From the NCBI GenBank assembly GCA_964187785.1, contig OZ076409.1:39496001-39560000 (forward strand): a stretch of 64,000 bases of DNA. The letters are read 5' to 3'. Each line of letters begins with the position of its first letter. Position 1 is the first letter of the stretch. The stretch comes from Amphiscolops sp. MND2022. Taxonomy: Eukaryota. Below the pieces are notes generated by a model. The model saw nothing but the letters and a program-made list of their open reading frames with translations. It was not told the origin of the DNA and made no database searches. This document shows positions 1 to 12,289 of the stretch, in pieces. The position numbers were made by a program, and so were the translations under genes.

Positions 1-960
1 GCCCTGTGTCCCTGCCTAATATTGTCCAATAATTTTTGAAAAAATCTTTAAAATTCGATCTCCCGACCCAGTTTGGCTTCAGGAAAGGTTACTCACAGGT
101 TCTGCAACTAATCATTTTCCTCCAAAAGATTTACGACGGCGTTGAATCTGAGCAAAGTATCCATATCATTTACACCTACTTTAGCAAAGCCTCCGATAGA
201 GTCGATCACGGCCTCCTACAGAAGCAAATTTATCTATTTGGAATTAGGAGAACAATGATCTTCGTCTTGAAATCATACCTGACAAACTGCAGTAAAAAAA
301 TTTCAAGATCAAAATGCATCCTCAAACATTTTCGGATTAACAAGTGGAGTCCCTCAAGGCAGTACACTTAGCCCTTTTTTGATGTTTATTTACGACCTTC
401 TATGTTTTGCTCTAAATCTAAACTCTTTGCAATTTGCTGACGATGCTATTTTTTTAGTATTGATGTGGAAACAAATTATACAAGCTGACCTTGATTCACA
501 CTTTATCTGGACGCAAAAGAACAAATTACCTTCTAATATGGACAAGTGCGCACACATAGCTCTGGGCTGAGCCAGAAATCGTTACGCCTTGAGAAAGAAG
601 TTGTTAAATCAGCATCAATCCAATCCGACCTTGGTTTCATTTTTTCAAGCGACCTCAAGTGGTATCTTCATATCGAAAAAGCCTGCTGAAAAGCAAATCG
701 AGTGTTTCATATGATAAGAAAAAATGTATCAGATCTATCCATAAGAGCAAAATTGAACCTCCACAAATCAATGAGAGTGCCAGTTTTTGTGAATGCCTAC
801 CCTTGTTACGGCCTCAGCAAATACGTTATCAGCGAATGTGAAATTAAGTTTATCAGAAAAGCGTCGTGAGATGGATTAACTCTGGGGGGAAAGTTAACCA
901 GAAAAAGTTTTATTTCTGTCGATATTGCCTCTGCTATTTTAAATTCAACTAAACATCCTG
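1..960 (+). pseudogene. Decayed non-LTR retrotransposon (CR1/L2-like) reverse transcriptase fragment
   Basis: Broken frames carry QFGFRKG, IIYTYFSKASDRVDH (YxDFSKAFDxVxH), SGVPQGS (nt ~343-363) and LQFADD motifs. Frameshifted, truncated at the window edge; right end approximate. Confidence 0.85.
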
Positions 961-1390
961 TTATCATCTTAAATGTTTTTGGATCAAAATTAATTTAAAC
1001 TTTCGAGTGTACCTACGATTGCATCTTTTTCACGTTGGAATTGATTTCAGCTTCCAAGACCAAAGAAAAATTCCTCAGAAGGAATTTTCTTTTTCCAAAC
1101 TTGTCGATTAGCGAATGTGTCTGAAATCGATCTGCTGGCAGGAGCAAACATGAAGAAACGGGTTTTAACCACTTTTCTAGAATGGTAGATATCAAGTTTG
1201 TAGAAAACAAGTTTGACGAAGTAAGTCTGTAGAAAAGTGATTGTAAGTTTAGAGAAAAAAATCTACAAACTTACCTACCCTTAGTAAGTTTGTAGACTTC
1301 TACAAACTTGCTTTCTACAAAATTACTATACGCAAAAGTAGCTAAACTTGAAAAAATGGATGCACCTGGAAAGGTGCATGTGCTTGCACC

Positions 1391-3360
1391 TGTGGTAAGC
1401 GCGTAGATTCGGTTGGCTACCATTTTGGTAATCAAAGCGCTGCTCACTCCTATTGGTTTCTTAACCTTCTCACCATAAGTTTCTTCGGGGTATACTTCCG
1501 GTCTCTCGGACGGAAGGTTCCACCTATTCTGCGTCATTTGGCCCAATCCGGCATTCAGAACGGTTTGGATTCGTGGTAATATCTAATTACCGATCGCATC
1601 GCTAATCGCCTTTTGGATGTGGGTATTAACACCACTCATCATTTCGTCTAGTTCCCTAGACAACCTTGAATTTAGCTCACTTAACAGTTTATTGATCTCT
1701 GCACTGGACTTACCATCCAATGAATTTTGACCGTAATTGGTATTGATTTCGGGATTGATCTCCCTTGGATCTAACCGTCTGTTTTCACTATTTTTATCAA
1801 ACTCATCTCCGAGAGTACTTTCTTGTCTTCTGGCGCAATTACTATTGGGATCTCATCCCTTTCGTTTCTATTGAAGTTATTTTCTCCAAGCATAATGTCT
1901 AGGTTTTCTATATCTGAAAGTATTTCTTGTTCTCGAGACTTCCTAGCTCTCTTCTGTTTTCTAGTGGTAGGCATCAAAACAAAACCGGATTAAATATTGA
2001 ATTACTTAGAACCGGAAAACTAACAGAGAACTGTTTGTGAAGAAAAGGTTTCTTTAACGAAATATTGCAAGCAAAATTGTGTCCCTTTCAGGAGATGTAT
2101 GAGTATTTATACCCCCGAAAGAGTGACACTCACATTCCTTACATTTTTCGATTAAGAAAGTCATAACATGGTAGTGACCAAAACTGGTCACGTGATTATT
2201 CACGAGCAACATAAATAAATACTTCTGCCTTAGCGGCTATCCTGACAACTACATCAATGTATCAACTTGAACAAAATATTCTAACGATCAAACGCTAAAC
2301 ATTCCTGATTAATAGTTCATGACATCAACAATGTAACATTCCTGTACAGCTTAGCAACAAATGTTTGAGGTATGAGGCGTTGGCACGTGCCTACACAAGC
2401 ACGCTGATTCAACACCCAATTAATATCATTGCAAGCTGTATCACTTGATAAATAGTGCCCTTTTCGGCAATATGACAGATGGGGTCGGTAGGTGGACATA
2501 GGCTGAGCAGTCCCGAGCACTGGTGTTTATGGCGTCATAACTGGTTTATAGCAAATTGTGCTGGTCAATTTCGGGGGTCATATGAGTGTTTCCAATATAA
2601 ATGTAGACTTACATGACGTTTAAATTACATTAACACTTTCATCATAGTTTTTGGATAGTTAGTTCAAGAAATGGCCTGAACCGTCCACTTTCCAATTTAT
2701 CCATACCATGAAAGCACTAGTGTGTCAAATGGCCTTATTCGGCCAATTGATTAAATAAGGGGCAGCATCACAGAAGGGTACTTAACTAGCATAAAAGACA
2801 TAGCTAAGCCTGTATTGGTTAATTATATAAGCAGCTAGTGAAATATCTTTAATCTGTACAAGGCGGCCAGAAACGGCCATGTGACTGAAATGCCACTTAC
2901 GAAAAAAATTACGTCTTCTGGCCTTAACCGGCCGAGTAGTTACGATCGGTACAATATCACCAAACGAGCGAATATGATTGGCTAAAGTAACGAGCTCAAG
3001 TGACGTCTCCGGAATAGAAATTTCGCTCACTTAAAATCGTTTCCTTTACGCCGTATAGCTGTATTGTCAATTGCTTCAATTACATTAAGCATCATACTGC
3101 ACTACCAAATGCTGATACTTTTGAACGTTTAGCTTGAATCTTCTGACAGTGAGCTTAACAGACTAGTATTTGTGTATAAAAACAGGAAAAGAAGCAACAC
3201 CACTAAATACAAAAACATATGGGAAATGATAAGTTAATGTTAAAAGTTCAAGTTTTGATATTAACTTCCGGTTAGTAGATCGGAAGGGTGTCAGTTGCTG
3301 TCTCTTGTCCATATGTGGTTGTTGTGATCCTCGTCCCATTACAGGCGGCAGCCTGCAACA
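1391..3360 (-). repeat. 3' LTR of the Gypsy element (1970 bp)
   Basis: Aligns by eye with 15073-16722; plus strand starts TGTGGTAAGC and ends GCCTGCAACA. Confidence 0.9.
2104..2111 (-). promoter_or_regulatory. Candidate LTR TATA box (TATAAATA)
   Basis: Conserved in both LTRs (also 15591-15598), about 130 nt upstream of the LTR-internal gag ATG (1974). An E-box (GGTCACGTGA) lies further upstream in both copies. Confidence 0.5.
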
Positions 3361-4060
3361 CTGCGGGTGCCCGAAAAAGTAAGCTGCCGGCAATGAGCAC
3401 ATTCGAGTAGGCTTCTCTTCGAAGGGCTGTGATATAAGCCGGTTCACTTTTGGGAGTGGACCTTTCCATGTACCAATTTCTCTTCTCTTGTTTTATGTCT
3501 TCAAAGGACTTGCCGCACACTATACAACTTTGAAATCTTTGTTCGCTGAGATCCGCATACGGCAACACATCTTGTATGTGGAAAGAAGCATGAAAGTTGT
3601 CACTTACTGAATGATGCATCGGCGTGTCCAATACAGGTCCCTTTTCGTGTTCGGGCGGGGACGCTGGAGACTCTAGTACAGGAAGTAGGGTTTTAAACAG
3701 TTCGATTTTTGTCTTTTCTGTTTTCATGGGGGGAGCATAGCACATCTTTTCGTCGAAGTAACGAAAGTCCAACTTAGGGGTAGTGGGCGGCACGGGCTGT
3801 GCACTGCTAGGGCCAGCTTCGCATTCGTCTTCTATTCCCTCCGTGGTCATTATTTTGCCCCCAATTAGAATGGGGCTGGATCTAACTTCTCTTTCGATTG
3901 TCTCGATTAGCATCTCAGTATCTGTCGACCAATCTGAGTCCCATGAGCCAAACGTATCGTCTTCGCTGTCGCTGGATATGTAACTTACCGAGTCCGAAGA
4001 TTTTTCTGAACTTTGTTCTTCTAAGTCGAAGAGCTTTCTTGACAAGTTAAACTTTTGCAT
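3272..4060 (-). CDS. Accessory ORF-X of the Gypsy element (262 aa, unknown function; acidic N-terminus, CxxC)
   Basis: Open ATG-to-stop frame on the element's sense strand downstream of pol; last ~29 codons lie in the 3' LTR; no signal peptide or TM segment apparent. Confidence 0.6.
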   Translation of the reverse strand: MQKFNLSRKLFDLEEQSSEKSSDSVSYISSDSEDDTFGSWDSDWSTDTEMLIETIEREVRSSPILIGGKIMTTEGIEDECEAGPSSAQPVPPTTPKLDFRYFDEKMCYAPPMKTEKTKIELFKTLLPVLESPASPPEHEKGPVLDTPMHHSVSDNFHASFHIQDVLPYADLSEQRFQSCIVCGKSFEDIKQEKRNWYMERSTPKSEPAYITALRREAYSNVLIAGSLLFRAPAVLQAAACNGTRITTTTYGQETATDTLPIY

Positions 4061-5105
4061 TATGACTTTTTTCGCAATTTGCTGTATTCGGGAAACAACT
4101 AGTTTAAGTAAAATTCATAATGGGAATGAAGCTACCTACCTCTAGAATTCAGCCAAGTCAGGCCTTTTCGCGGCAATTCATTTTTGGCCGTTGAATCTTC
4201 GGTAAATCATCTTAATCCGACATAAACATTCCTGAATGGAATTCCTCAATAAGTCGGTGGTCTTTGATAATTCAATGATTACCCCCCATCAACACTATCA
4301 TCAGAAGAGGTGTGAATAACACATGTTATCAATAACAACTTCATCCATTTTAAGTGGGTATTTAACAAGTTGCTTTAGGGTAATTAACAGCATACACCGC
4401 TAACTTTCCTCAATATGAAATCAGGATCAAGCATTGATAGAGTCGAAAAACGTATAACAACTGGCGAAACATAATAATTCCAAAAAATCAAAATATTGCG
4501 AAAAATCTAACTAAGGATAATATGGGTAACGGAACAAAACAATAAAACGAACTAAGGAAAATGGCCGTAATTGGCCATTAACTAAGCAAGTTGTAAATAA
4601 TGAAGGTCTTTGTACATTTCGCTGGCAGACTCCATGTACAGCTTTAAATATGTAGATCATCATATAATATTAGTCTGATATTTTCTTCAGCTAAGAACTT
4701 CAACTTTCAATCTTCCTGATCATTTTCACAATTGTTACTTTTGTATTCTCCTCACATCCACATCTCCAATTACACTGCCCATTTATCACCTTTTCATCAT
4801 CATCATCACTGTTGATCCTCTCCACTTCGGAGTCTTCCTGGTCTTCTCCCTCCTTCTATCTCCGGCCTCGGTCAAATTCCCCCCAGCAATCGGCCTTACT
4901 AGGATCAACACTCAGCGGACCAATTCTCGAGCAGCATGTCTTCTGTCTGACTAAGGCTGGTTCGGATTTCCATTTTAGATCTAATTCAACTTGATCAGGA
5001 TTAAATTTTTGCAGTAGACACTTCCTGTTTCCATCACTAATCGCGTGATAACACGTTTCATTTGAAATTGTCAGACACTTCCGGAAGGTTTCTAATCGCG
5101 GTAAA

Positions 5106-8100
5106 ATGGATTCATATCAAGGAAGGACACTGCTAAAATTCATTCCCTTTCGTTTAGAGAATCTACTGAAAGAGGACGCTCCTGCACCAACCACTTCCCA
5201 AGTCAGCAATCCAGCCGTCGTCGAGAATTTGGCCGCAACATCAGAGGGACCACCTCAAGATTGAATCAGTATCCAAGTTCCTCAGCCCGAAGAGTTAGTG
5301 AACCAAGGCAGCCCAGCACTCAGCCAAGACAGTGACGCTGATGTTACTGCTTATGCTGAATCTGTAGTCCAACGGATGCAGCAGGTACAAACCCATACTG
5401 TACAAGACAGTGGTCATTCAGAATCTGTCCCGCCTCAAGGTCAAGAATCGGCCAATGTCCCACCAGAATTGATACCAGTCACACTTGAGAATCGTAGATC
5501 GAGCACTCCCATCCGGTCTGAGGAAGAAGAGAGACAGGAGGCAGATTTATCAGCTTTGGAATCTGCCCTGAAGATCATCATTTCCTCCGAAACCCAACTG
5601 CCTGAACTGAGGGACAGGGACAATTCGGGCCAAGCTGATGTAAGTGGCACTTAATCCAGAACCGACGAAGACAACGCCTCGTCAGTCTGTGATGTGCCGG
5701 CACTACCAGGAGGAACCCCCAAAGTACGGTTCACAGTGAGTTAAAATGAAGAGGAAGAGTCCACTGAAGAATCAAGTCGTCTCGTCCCGGTCGAATTGTA
5801 CGGGTATCCCACTTTTGCCCCTGAGTCTGGAACTGAAGGTGAAGATGAAACCAGTTACGAAAGGCGGCCCTAGGGACCCGATAAAGAACGTGCGACTAGT
5901 GGGAATCTAAACCAGGACGGCCTACCAGATCTCTCAGGCCGCAGTAGGGCTATTTTGAAGGAGTATTTCGAGGAAGCCTCTCCGATCAGACTCCTTATCG
6001 GGCACACTACCATCGCTTTTACTGAGCCTCAGATGTATCATCTTTTACGCATCCTCACAGATGAGACCCTTCGAAGATCTTTCACCACTATGGAAAGGGT
6101 GGTACTTGATGCTGTTCGCGGATCCACGACAGCCCTCCCATCTCGCACAGCTCATTTCCAACTCAGGAAACTCACAAACTCTAAGAGGCAGGGCCCTCAG
6201 TGAACCGGAGACCAATAGTGATAGGCCAGGGTCAGCTATGAACCAGCTGGGGTCAGGTACTGATGACACCGGTGGGTCATCTTTTTACGAAGAAAGTGAC
6301 AGTGCGACCGAGATGGACTTGATATCAAAGTCCTTCAAACGAACCCCTGCACTCCGCCTAGGTAGTGGGACCCAAGAGATGGTGACTACCACTCAGCCGC
6401 AGACAAGACTTGAAGCGGAAGGATCCAGCAGCCAAGACACCACTCTGCTCGAAATACGAGAGCAAGCCCAGAAAGGCTCGGGAGAAGGACCCTCCACTTC
6501 CGAAAAGAAAAAGGGCAAAAAGAGACTCACTAGGAGAGGTGTGCCCATAGGAGAAGAATTTTTTTCCAAAATAGGGTGGACAAGATCGTTCATCTCCGGC
6601 CCTGCAGATCCGCTACACAATCCTCATATGGTTTGGTGCCATATCTGCAAAACGAATTTCTCAATAAAGTCCAAAGGGCATAATGAGATCCTCAGGCACC
6701 ACCGGACAGATCGCCACTTGAGACGTGATCAAAGATGGCAATACGAACACCTGCGCAGCACAGATCCTGTTAGTGGCAAGGTGCAACATCGAGTCAGAGG
6801 CGCCAACGGCAAGATATTGACAAAGATTGAGCTGGCCAACCAACTGCCCAGGTTCATCAACGTTGAATTGGTGGACATAGGGGAAAGGTTCCCCTTTAAC
6901 GAAGATTTTAAAAGAGGAACCACCACAGCCTTAGTCACCCAAGAAGCACGGGTCAAGACTCAACTTTGCTTGGTAGGCGATTTTATAAAGACAATTGGAG
7001 ACAAGTCTGTCCTGAGGAACTTGTGGTCTAGGATGGGGGCCTACACCAATCATCAAGCGCCAGTTTGTGATTTCGACTTGGGTGAAGAGCGAATAACAGT
7101 AAGTGTCCTTTCGATGACCCGTTCCCAAACTTGAGTATTTCCTGTTCTAAATAGTCGTGTTTCTGTTTCAGGCCATATTCCAACATTTCTTCGTAAGCGC
7201 CCTGAGTGACATCGTTGAACAAATCACGACTCAGCAATGCTTCGCCATAAAGTTTGAGACTGCCGGTGTTTACCGTTACATGACCGTTACATGGGCAATG
7301 CGGAGCCCAGAACTCACTAAAGTAAGTACTTCAATCTGTCTTTCCTCCTAAGGGTCATGAGTCGGACGATTTGGGTGCACTACGGTATAGTAGATCAATG
7401 CGGCAATGGGCATTGCCCACACTGATGCACAAGTCTAAATACTCTGTCTTTGGCCAAATAGACTTCTTCTCAGTGCTCCAGGCTCTGATGGTCTCTCTAG
7501 GCGGATCTCTTGCCGAAGAATGGGCAATGCGGAGCCCAGAACTCACTAAAGTAAGTATTTCATTCTGTTTTTCCTCCTAAGGGTCATGAATCGGACGGTT
7601 TGGGTGCACTACGGTATAGTCTACAACATTGATCTTTGGGTTTTGCAGGCGATGACTAATTGCAAACTTGACGTCAGGACACTCCCAGCTCTCTGTACAG
7701 AGCTTGCCAAGGAATGGAAACCAATTCTCCGGTATTTGCCCGAACATGCCCCCATACAAGGACGTCAAGGGGTCCGAAGCAGGGTTAGACTTTATTTCGT
7801 TTCTCTAGTGATATAATTAATGATCCCGGTAAGAGTTTCTTGGCTCCCCTTATTTACTGAAAAACTGAAGAGCACTGACATGTGTGATCTGTTTAAGGTA
7901 CAGAACTTCGCATGATCCCTGATTTGTAACGAGTTTTTCGTCGTCAAGTTGGAGTTCTTCAACAGGCTCGTGAGTGATTGTAAGTACTTCACTTTTAGGT
8001 AATAGCCCAAGGGTTTTATTCCACTTTAGGCATTTATTTGTGTTTCGAGGCGTGGCTAGTTTCCCTGTGAATCTCCAGCACAGACGTGACGTCTCCTTTT

Positions 8101-9271
8101 ACCTTTGTGGTGAAGTCTGCCAGTTCATAAGCCTGCTCTTTTCCCGTATTTACACTTCTGATTTGGCTCCTCTCGCTAACGCCTGGTTTTTGCTATTACG
8201 CTTCCAGACGAGTGAGGACACGTTCCTGGCCGGAGAGGAATATTTGTTGCGCCTGAAGCTCACCAACAAAGTGTCGGCAGCCGGCAAAGCGAAAGCCGAG
8301 GGAATGCACTTTGGTAAGAAAGCAGAGCGCCCAGCGATCCTGGCGACCACAGAGACTGTGAAAGCTGATTTCATCAAAGACAACCAACAGTATGTCCAGT
8401 ACTTTATCAACGAAGTACTTCGTCACACTGGACTCACTACAAACATCAAGAAAGGGATGGCTACCTTCGTTCTTTCATCTTGTTCAAGCGCCCTTTGGAC
8501 GTGGCTCTGCGCCACTTTGACATATTGTACAGCACCTTCTCCCTCTGTTCGTGGGTTGCTAGTGCCAATGAGTCCTTGTGCCGGGATCAATACATGCAAC
8601 TGCTTGACCACCTATGTACAGCCTATGGCACTGGTTTTGATATAACTAGTGTCTCTGGTGATTTAATTGAGTTTTTGTTCGAGCTGGATTTCCTCCGAGA
8701 CCGTAGCTGTTTGTTTTACCTCTTCAAGTTGTGCTGCTTGTGTGCTACTTCTGTCAGTCCAACGTATCCCGACGTCACTTTCGGGATAGTTTCCACCGCC
8801 GGACGTCAGAGTAGATTGAGCGACGTCATTCTTCCCGGTCAGAGTTACATGGCCAACGTGCGAGACTCAGTGGCTTCCTGCAGTGATGATGGCAACCTTG
8901 CTAAGTTCGTCGACCTAGCTTCTTTTTTTGGGCGATCTGTATTTGCTCCTGATTACGATCCTTGGACCTACGTGGACACTTTTGGACGCTCAAAAATCTA
9001 TAAGTCGTTGTTGGCTTCTTATCGTGTAGCGCTTTCCACCCCTCAAAATGTTCCGACCCGAACGGCACCTGGAAATACAATTTCTGTGGCCGATGCGTCT
9101 GCCGTGATGCGTCTACTTGCAAACTGTAAACTTTTGTTAATTTCTTGTTATATTTATTGTTTTCGTTCGTTCTCAACTCCTGTATTTATTCATCTTGGAA
9201 GGGGTTTTTCGGCAGTCCCACCATTGTTCAAAGATACTATCCTGAGACTAGTAGAAAAAAAGAAAGGATAA
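5106..9271 (+). pseudogene. Antisense multi-exon cargo gene in the Gypsy element: acidic/disordered N-terminus, BED/TTF-like zinc finger, possibly hAT-transposase-derived body
   Basis: ATG 5106 is in frame with ORFs 5298 and 5955; frameshift into ORF 6061-7134 (WCHIC...HHRTDRH); phase-0 GT-AG introns 7099-7171 and 7551-7648; acceptor at 8207 with CTAAC branch point; ORFs 7974-8645 and 8480-9271 continue by frameshift. Confidence 0.65.
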
Positions 9272-9329
9272 AAGAAAAGAAAAGAATATCCTGAGCTCTT
9301 CTCTGGGCCGAATTTAGCCTTTTCTAGTA

Positions 9330-10735
9330 TCTAAAGTCTTCTGAGTAGTTTGGGTTACGGTTCAGGCCTGAGGTTGTATCGCCCACCTCTAGGACTCAGA
9401 TTTTCATTTTTATCATCCTTCTGCGATATTTCGGGCACGATAATATCATCCCCTCTTTTTGGAGACTTTTGTGCATCATTTTTATTAGCAAAGCTTCCTT
9501 CTGAAAATTTTGCATCTTTTCCCTGTCTTTCAGACAAGTCCGGCAAAGATTTTTCTGGACTTTTGTGGTAAACGGCCGAATCCGGCCAATCAGAGTTTTC
9601 ATTTGTAGTTGCTTCAGTAGTTTCATTTGTATTGTTGACGTCACTTTCAATTCTTTTATCTCGGCTGTGCGCTGCATCGTTGACGTCATTCGGACAATCA
9701 GTCGTGAATGTAATACGCTTCATTCTCGTTTGCGTCACTTGTGTTCGCCTCTGTCGTAGTTGGCCGTTCGCCATTCGGCAAGCTAGTCGGAATAGGCTCA
9801 TTGCCGCGTGTAGCGAGCTGTTCACCGAAGTTCGTTTCCCACGTTGTTGTGCTAATGTCGTCTTGCGGAATAACAATTTCTTCGTCTTGTTGCAATCGCT
9901 CTTCTCTGAAATTGTCCTGAAGCGGTTGATTGGGAGCAAACTTTTTAAGGCGAATGCGATGTAAATTTTGAGTTTTGTTTGTATTGAGTCTTCGGACTAT
10001 GTAATTCTCATTGGGAAGTACCTTTTGGATAATAAATGGTCCAACCCAACGGTAATCTCCAAAAAGAATTTTTGATCCTTGGTGGTCCGCTTTCGGCTGC
10101 AATACAAAGCAGTAGTCGCGTTCTTTGAGTGGAGCGGCTTTCGCTTTTCTATCATAATACTCCTTGTATTTGATGTATGACTGCATGATATTCTGCTTTG
10201 TTTTGTCGATGAGGAGTTTTGTCCGGTTCTGGACTTCTTCAGCAAATTCAGTTGTGGGAGTGATCTGGTCATTTGGATTATTTCTAAGTTTGTGATCCAA
10301 GATATTGTATGGAACTCGTCCAAGGAATACTCTTGTTGGTTCACAACCAATGCTTGCATGACAGCTCGTATTGTGATTGAGAACTGCTAATGGCAAGTAT
10401 TCATGCCATTGACGGCGATATTCAACACATGCCATTGTAAGGTTTGTCTTCAATGAGGCATGGGTACGCTCTAATTTCCCACTTGTTTGCGGGTGTTTTG
10501 TGTTTGCGCATTTGAGAGTAATTCTCAAAATTGGCGTAATCTCCGCAATAACCGTAGATGTGAATGCAGTTCCTTTATCCGTATTGAGCGTCGTTGGTAA
10601 GTACGTATGTTTTTTCATAATGTCAAGGAGTACTTTTGCTACATGATCGCTGAGGCATCCGTGAGAGGATAGGCGAACAAGTATCGAGAAAAGACATCTA
10701 TCGCAGTTACCACATTTTCATATCCTCCGCTTGTT
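9330..10735 (-). pseudogene. Gypsy integrase core, GPF/Y region and disordered C-terminal tail
   Basis: AIDVFSRYLFAYP, TDKGTAFTS, HPQTSGKLERTH, RWVGPFII; tail ends RYNLRP. HHCC zinc finger missing, with an apparent deletion near 10730. Confidence 0.9.
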
Positions 10736-10929
10736 ACAGCAGGTTCGTCTGTGGCGGGATTTTTCCTGATTGCTTCCTTCCTTGCCCAGTATTGTTTTTC
10801 AGTCTCATCGTCATCGTTTGTGTAGAAGATTTGTTCTTCCTGTGAGACTCCTGCTGACTGGACATTCATTTCGATCGGTAAAGTTTGTACATTTTCTCGG
10901 GTTTTCATGACTAATTTGTCTTTGGGGTC

Positions 10930-11580
10930 TGCTTCAAGGCGGGACAAATAAACTGCTGCCGTGTTTTGTGCCCCTGGGATGTGTGCTATGACAATATTGA
11001 ATTAGATGACATAATCACATGCGTTCCACAGGGCTGGAGGTACAATTTTTGAAAGAATCTAGTTACGGCTTTGTTGTAGGTGAGGATATTGACCGGTTTC
11101 GGCGCGCCCCAGAAAACTTGCCCAATTTCTTTGAATGCAAAGTAAGTTGCAAGAAATTCTTTTGCGTAGATTGACATCTTTATTTGGGTTCGGTTAAATG
11201 TTTTTGAGCCGTATGCAACCGGCGCATAGGATTTGCGGATTGAGGTGAATTTTTGACTTGGGTCATCTCTATGAGTAATGCATATCCAGCAGCACCAAAG
11301 CTTGCAAATGTCATCAGTGCGATTTGTTTGTTTGGAATTAGTTAATGGAGGGCTAAGTCGCAGCATTCTTCTAGTGCTCGATTGATTTCTTCAAATTGTT
11401 GAACCAATTCTTTCAATACTTGGACTTTTTTGTCACTTTTCAGCATCTTGTAAAATGGAGCAAGGCGTTCGGAGAGTCTTGGGACATAATTTTGGTAAAA
11501 GTACAGGAAACCCAAGTATCTCTGTAAAGCTTCTTTCGACTTTGGAAATTTGGTTTTTTCAAGGAAGTTCTGGACATTCT
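10930..11580 (-). pseudogene. Gypsy RT connection/RNase H region
   Basis: PVAYGSKTF...YAKEFLA...WGAPKPV motifs; frameshifted. Confidence 0.85.
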
Positions 11581-11581
11581 G

Positions 11582-12286
11582 CTATTGAGGTTTGACGCCT
11601 TGTGAGGTTATTGTTCTGCCGAGGAAGTCAATTTCTGTGGCACCAAAGTGGCATTTGTGCATTGTCAATTTAAGGCCTGTTTCCCGAATGCAATTCAAGG
11701 TTGCTCTCAGGTTAGCGATGAGGTGATCAGCGCCATTGGCTGCGATGCCGATATCGTCTACGTACAGGGCACACTGGTTCGTTTTCATGACTTTATCAAG
11801 GTATTCTCGCATGAAACTGGAAAATGCGGACAGTGCCCGGCTAAGGCCTTGTGCTAATCGACTGTAGGCAAATGTGTGGCTTGCAAAATTGAAGGCTAAC
11901 ATTTCAATGGAACGTTGATCAGCCACCTGAAGGCACTGATACGCTTGTGAACAGTCTAACTTGCAGAAAATTTTTTTGCCCACCATGTGCTGGGCGGCAT
12001 CGACTAGGGTACTGACAGGGTGATTACTATTGATATAATCATCTGAGATTAGGTTGTTGATTTTTCTCAAGTCAACCAAAAGTCGCAGTTTCCCATTGGG
12101 TTTTTTCTGTGCAAATATTGGACTAGCGTATTTCGAGAATGGTAGCGTGGTAATTATTCCATATCTATGTAACATGGCTAGTTCGACAATGATGTCTTCC
12201 TTGAGGTTTATTGGTGCCGGAAGACTCTGACTATAGGCTGGGGAATCGTCCTTAGGTGTCAATTTCACCTTGAATTCCTCATTCAT
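11582..12286 (-). pseudogene. Gypsy reverse transcriptase
   Basis: SKYASPIF, KLRLLVDLRKIN, KLDCSQAY, LAQGL, YVDDI, FLGRTI. Confidence 0.95.
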
Positions 12287-12289
12287 GCC

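Noticed and set aside
3272..9271. env gene in the Gypsy extra region
   Set aside because: No signal peptide, furin site or C-terminal TM segment is apparent, and the large ORF set is antisense.
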